Shown here in pieces: positions 63,873-64,000 of a stretch of 64,000 nucleotides of DNA. The first letter of the stretch is position 1. Each line of letters begins with the position of its first letter. Location of the stretch: positions 6,448,001 to 6,512,000 of the forward strand of contig CM075989.1 in the NCBI GenBank assembly GCA_038087875.1. The letters are read 5' to 3'. The translations under genes and the position numbers were made by a program. This stretch comes from Malacoraja senta (taxonomy: Eukaryota). The notes beneath the pieces were generated by a model. That model had not been told where the DNA came from. It did not search any database and was given only the letters and a program-made list of their open reading frames with translations.

Positions 63873-64000
63873 CTGCAATTTAAATAATTTTACCAGTAAG
63901 CAAAAGGTTTCATGAATGCTATCATTTTACGACAATGATACTTTAAAAACATGTGCCAAGGTCCATAAAATAATGCAATATATAAAAATTTTGACGGCAC

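Overview
Eukaryotic, repeat-rich vertebrate DNA. The repeat set (HE1-type tRNA/V-SINEs, CR1/HER1-type LINE tails, Penelope remnants) points to a cartilaginous fish, probably a skate or ray (inference). Genes, both on the minus strand: (1) the last nine coding exons of CTC1 (CST telomere complex), hand-spliced with consistent GT-AG sites and phases, from 63872 to the stop at 37526; (2) the CpG-rich 5' end and first coding exon(s) of a second gene I cannot name (about 32900 to 31822), with no further exon of it recognised below 31822. Mobile DNA includes truncated L1, Tx1, CR1-group and Rex1-like LINEs, two full-length degenerate IR/DR Tc1 elements, two Harbinger-type MITEs and about 11 HE1-like SINEs. 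The most striking feature is roughly 30-40 short Penelope-derived insertions, many carrying a minimal hammerhead-ribozyme motif (CUGAAGA-a-GGGU[YUCG]RCCC-GAAAC-GUH). Many have their own 8-17 bp target-site duplications and form fold-back units whose inversion points lie at or near the motif. There is a 200-N gap at 50826-51025. All coordinates were read by eye; repeat boundaries are approximate.
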